A stretch of DNA of 64,000 bases from Candidatus Staskawiczbacteria bacterium RIFOXYB1_FULL_38_37 (GTDB taxonomy: Bacteria; Patescibacteriota; Minisyncoccia; Minisyncoccales; Staskawiczbacteraceae), in NCBI GenBank assembly GCA_001822075.1, contig MHPK01000006.1:58977-122976 (forward strand). Direction: 5' to 3'. This document shows positions 61,432-64,000 of the stretch, piece after piece. Numbering within the stretch: the stretch's first letter is position 1; every line of letters starts with the position of its first letter. The notes beneath the pieces are model-generated. The model searched no databases, was not told the DNA's origin, and was given only the letters and a program-made list of their open reading frames with translations. The translations under genes and the position numbers were made by a program.

Positions 61432-62823
61432 TTATATTGGTAAATTAGGTGGAGGGCCTCCTTTTTTTGATTCAATTGTTGTTAAAGCAGGGGCCAACAT
61501 TCCTTTTGTTGACAGCGGGAAGTGGAACATGGTAGCCATTTCTTCTGAGCTTAATATGGGGCATGACTCGCGCCTGTCCGGAAACAAAGGCTGATACCTT
61601 AAAACAGCATTCCTAAACATTTTTCTTGACCTCAAAAATCCCCTTCTTTGCCTCCAGAAAAAATGAACTTTTGGACGAGATTTTCTTACAAACCCAAAAC
61701 TATTCAAGTTATCTGTAAGAAAATGGCCCATATAAGACCTCATCAAAACTCTGTTAGAAGCATTCCACGAATCTCTTTTAGCAACATAAAGCCCTCTTAT
61801 ATTTGTTCGCCATGCGGGCTTTTTCAATTTATTTTCAACTTCTGTTATAACTTCTCTTTCGCCTGGAGTCAGCGATATCTTCAGCTCGCCTGTTTCTTCG
61901 TCCTCTTCTATTCGCTCCCAAGAATATTTTGCAGATTCCCCAGAGCCTTCTTTTTCAGGGCCCAAAACAACTTGCCTTGCCACATACCACAAATCTTCCA
62001 AAAACGTTGTTTCTTTTTTTTCAGGGCGCCTTGCTATTTTGTTAACTATTTTTTGGCCTTCTTGTCTATAGTTTGGCTCATCACGATCCGAAACAGGAAT
62101 TGAAGTAAACTGCACCCAATAATGCTCGCCTGGCCCCAGTTTTGACATTCCTTCCAACAAACTAATTATTGGGTCTAATCTTTTTTCTTCTGCTTGTATT
62201 CTTTCTCCCTGCGGTTCAAAAAACTTCTCGTATGTTTTTATAGGATATTGATCGGTTTTTCTTAGCTCCCAATCTTCTCCATAGGCATCCCATTCTTCGT
62301 TTGGAACTGTTTGGGGAACCAGCTTTGTATAATCTGGCGCTTCATTAATTTCTATATCAGGATAATGGCCAAAAAGCGCAGATTCAAAGGCTGTTCTGTG
62401 GTGCTGACCAACTCTTAAATAATAGTGTATTTTGCCCTCTATGCTAGCTATTTCCCATGAGCACCACTCAGGACCATAAGACAATTCCCCTTCGCACCAA
62501 ATTTCACGAAAGTTTGCTCCGTCAATAATAGGCCAAACAGAAGAAATCACGTCTTCCATAGCTTTGAAGGGAGCTAGCACTTCTTTTGGCGGAGTTATTT
62601 CCAAAAGCACCCATTTTCTTTTAGCAATAAAAAAATCCCAGCCAGCCCACCACAAATAAACTGCTTTTAACTGGGCTTGCAGCATTATGGGCAAAAACAC
62701 CCACCACCAAACTCTTAAAAACGGAACCCATAAAATAATCAAAAATAAAATCAGCCACCAAAAAGGGTCCAAAATCATTTTTTTAGCCCATTCTAACCAA
62801 AATAGCCACTCTGGTAATTTCAT
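61432..62823 (-). CDS. polytopic membrane protein (2-3 N-terminal TM helices + large soluble domain); possibly the split-off membrane module of the downstream ATPase
   Basis: W-rich TM segments (FWWLILFLIILWVPFLRVWWWVFLPIML). C-terminal ILSSEEMATMFHFP motif. Its stop lies 24 nt from the ATPase start. Confidence 0.4.
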   Translation of the reverse strand: MKLPEWLFWLEWAKKMILDPFWWLILFLIILWVPFLRVWWWVFLPIMLQAQLKAVYLWWAGWDFFIAKRKWVLLEITPPKEVLAPFKAMEDVISSVWPIIDGANFREIWCEGELSYGPEWCSWEIASIEGKIHYYLRVGQHHRTAFESALFGHYPDIEINEAPDYTKLVPQTVPNEEWDAYGEDWELRKTDQYPIKTYEKFFEPQGERIQAEEKRLDPIISLLEGMSKLGPGEHYWVQFTSIPVSDRDEPNYRQEGQKIVNKIARRPEKKETTFLEDLWYVARQVVLGPEKEGSGESAKYSWERIEEDEETGELKISLTPGEREVITEVENKLKKPAWRTNIRGLYVAKRDSWNASNRVLMRSYMGHFLTDNLNSFGFVRKSRPKVHFFWRQRRGFLRSRKMFRNAVLRYQPLFPDRRESCPILSSEEMATMFHFPLSTKGMLAPALTTIESKKGGPPPNLPI

Positions 62824-62826
62824 AAA

Positions 62827-63048
62827 TTAAAAAATAGAATTAATAAAATAAGGCAAATAATTTACAACAAGAGCTATAATTGCAACTATTAAAAATCCTA
62901 TTGCAAAAAATTCAAAAGTAAAAATCGCCGGCACAACAATAAAAGTAACTTTTTTCAAATGCCAGTAATAAATAAAAGAAAAGAAAATTATAAAAAATAT
63001 CGCTGTCGCTATAAATAAAATAACAAGCAGTATGCTAAAAATATCCAT
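62827..63048 (-). CDS. small integral membrane protein (2 TM)
   Basis: 73 aa, almost entirely hydrophobic. Stop is 4 nt from the next gene. Confidence 0.35.
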   Translation of the reverse strand: MDIFSILLVILFIATAIFFIIFFSFIYYWHLKKVTFIVVPAIFTFEFFAIGFLIVAIIALVVNYLPYFINSIF

Positions 63049-63229
63049 AGAAGTATTTTTATTACTTTATTATAAAACAATAAAAAATTACAATCAATAT
63101 TACAAATTATGCACATTATACAACAGAAATGCACTCGCCCAATGACTATCGCTTTTATTAAAACAATATTATTTCCTTTTAGCCCATAAAAACTTGGAAA
63201 GTCGTTTTATTATATGATAGGATAAAATC

Positions 63230-64000
63230 ATGAAAAAACATAACCTGCTTCAGCGCACAATAAAAGGCGAAAACTCCTTGCCATCGGCCAAAAATCAAAT
63301 CACTATATTAAAGCTCGGCGGAAGCATAATCACTGAAAAATTAAACAGGCAGCCGCGGATCAGAAAAGCAGTGGTCAAACAATTGGCTAAAGAATTAAAA
63401 CTATTTATTAAACGTTTCCCTAAGACTAGAATAATTCTTTTGCATGGCGCCGGCTCTTTTGGCCATCCGTTGGTTTACCGTTACAAACTGCTTGAACGAC
63501 CATTAACCGGCTCCCGTCTTTTAAATTTTTCCGAAACCGTACGTTCTATGCGCCAAATGGCCAACCTTTTAACAGGGATTTTTCTAAGTTCCGGGTTGCC
63601 GGTTTTGCCACTTCAGGCCAGTGCGGTTTTAAACGAGAAAAATAGTGTAATGTTTCTTTCTAATCTAAATCAACTGAAACAAATAATAGATATTGGCTTC
63701 ATTCCGCTGTTGGGCGGCGACATGAGCCTTATTAAAAAAAATCAAACTGCTGTTGTATCAGCCGATAAATTAGCCGTACTTTTAACTAAAACGTTTCCCG
63801 ATTCCAGAATAATTTTTGCAACTGATGTCAATGGTGTTTTTAATGAATTTCCCGCTCCAGACAATGCAAAACCGATTGCTCTTCTCTGTCGAAAAGAAAT
63901 TGAGTCTATGCTAAAAAAAATGGGCGGGCAAAAAACCCGCTACGACATAACCGGCGCTATGGCAGGAAAACTACGGACAATGCTCTCCCTGCAGAAGAAA
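63230..64000 (+). CDS. amino-acid-kinase family protein, isopentenyl phosphate kinase-like (3' end beyond window)
   Basis: ILKLGGSIITEK and LHGAGSFGH motifs of the IPK/aspartokinase fold. The ORF is open to the window end. Confidence 0.55.
   Translation, partial: MKKHNLLQRTIKGENSLPSAKNQITILKLGGSIITEKLNRQPRIRKAVVKQLAKELKLFIKRFPKTRIILLHGAGSFGHPLVYRYKLLERPLTGSRLLNFSETVRSMRQMANLLTGIFLSSGLPVLPLQASAVLNEKNSVMFLSNLNQLKQIIDIGFIPLLGGDMSLIKKNQTAVVSADKLAVLLTKTFPDSRIIFATDVNGVFNEFPAPDNAKPIALLCRKEIESMLKKMGGQKTRYDITGAMAGKLRTMLSLQKK

Noticed and set aside
1-64000. CRISPR array search: looked for regularly spaced direct repeats given the Cas4-like and Cas2-like domains
   Set aside because: All repeat families found (A, B, C, D, E, F and the heptads) are irregularly spaced, palindromic or tandem microsatellites. 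None has the 25-40-bp repeat/spacer periodicity, and there is no cas1.
1-64000. rRNA genes or large integrated prophage/IS elements
   Set aside because: No rRNA-like conserved stretches. No transposase, integrase, capsid or terminase-like ORFs. The only mobile-element candidates are the small palindromic repeat families described.

Overview
This is a low-GC (~35%) bacterial segment with a compact, minus-strand-biased gene layout. About 75 genes were called and only 2 are on the + strand, so no replication origin or terminus is evident in the window. Gene content and protein architectures look like an ultra-small Patescibacteria/CPR-type genome: an FtsZ and ribosomal proteins with Lys-rich extensions, an AlaRS lacking its C-terminal domain, and dispersed glycolysis genes. 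Core genes present are gap (5' partial), a glutaredoxin-like gene, gpmA, eno, trxB, galU, ftsZ, a GC-elevated pyrE-like/pyrF pair, metK, ftsX/ftsE, prfB (with its programmed +1 frameshift), gatC/gatA, two mreB paralogs, proS, rseP, frr, holB-like, murA, an r-protein/rpoA block (rpsI rplM rplQ rpoA rpsD rpsK rpsM rpmJ infA), alaS, rnhA, a RecJ-like DHH gene and pgk. Four tRNAs were found (Ile-GAT, Gln-CTG, Thr-CGT, Gly-CCC). No rRNA gene and no CRISPR array were seen. Accessory content is concentrated at 28-33 kb and 50-63 kb. It consists of five paralogous ~560-aa cysteine-rich multi-zinc-ribbon proteins, two VirD4/TraG-like P-loop ATPases, a polytopic membrane protein, two nucleotidyltransferase/HEPN pairs, a MazF-like toxin, a Cas4-like nuclease, a PaaX/Cas2-like protein and a GIY-YIG gene. 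Two GxxExxY (PD-(D/E)XK) genes each sit inside a palindromic MITE-like intergenic repeat that also occurs empty elsewhere in the window. There are several further repeat and hairpin families, recurring in-frame heptad microsatellites inside eno and gatA, and a promoter-to-terminator GC-rich ~500-nt candidate structured RNA next to tRNA-Ile. CDS coordinates follow the supplied ORF track, with some starts trimmed. Hand-derived coordinates for RNAs, repeats and sites are approximate (about +/-2 nt).
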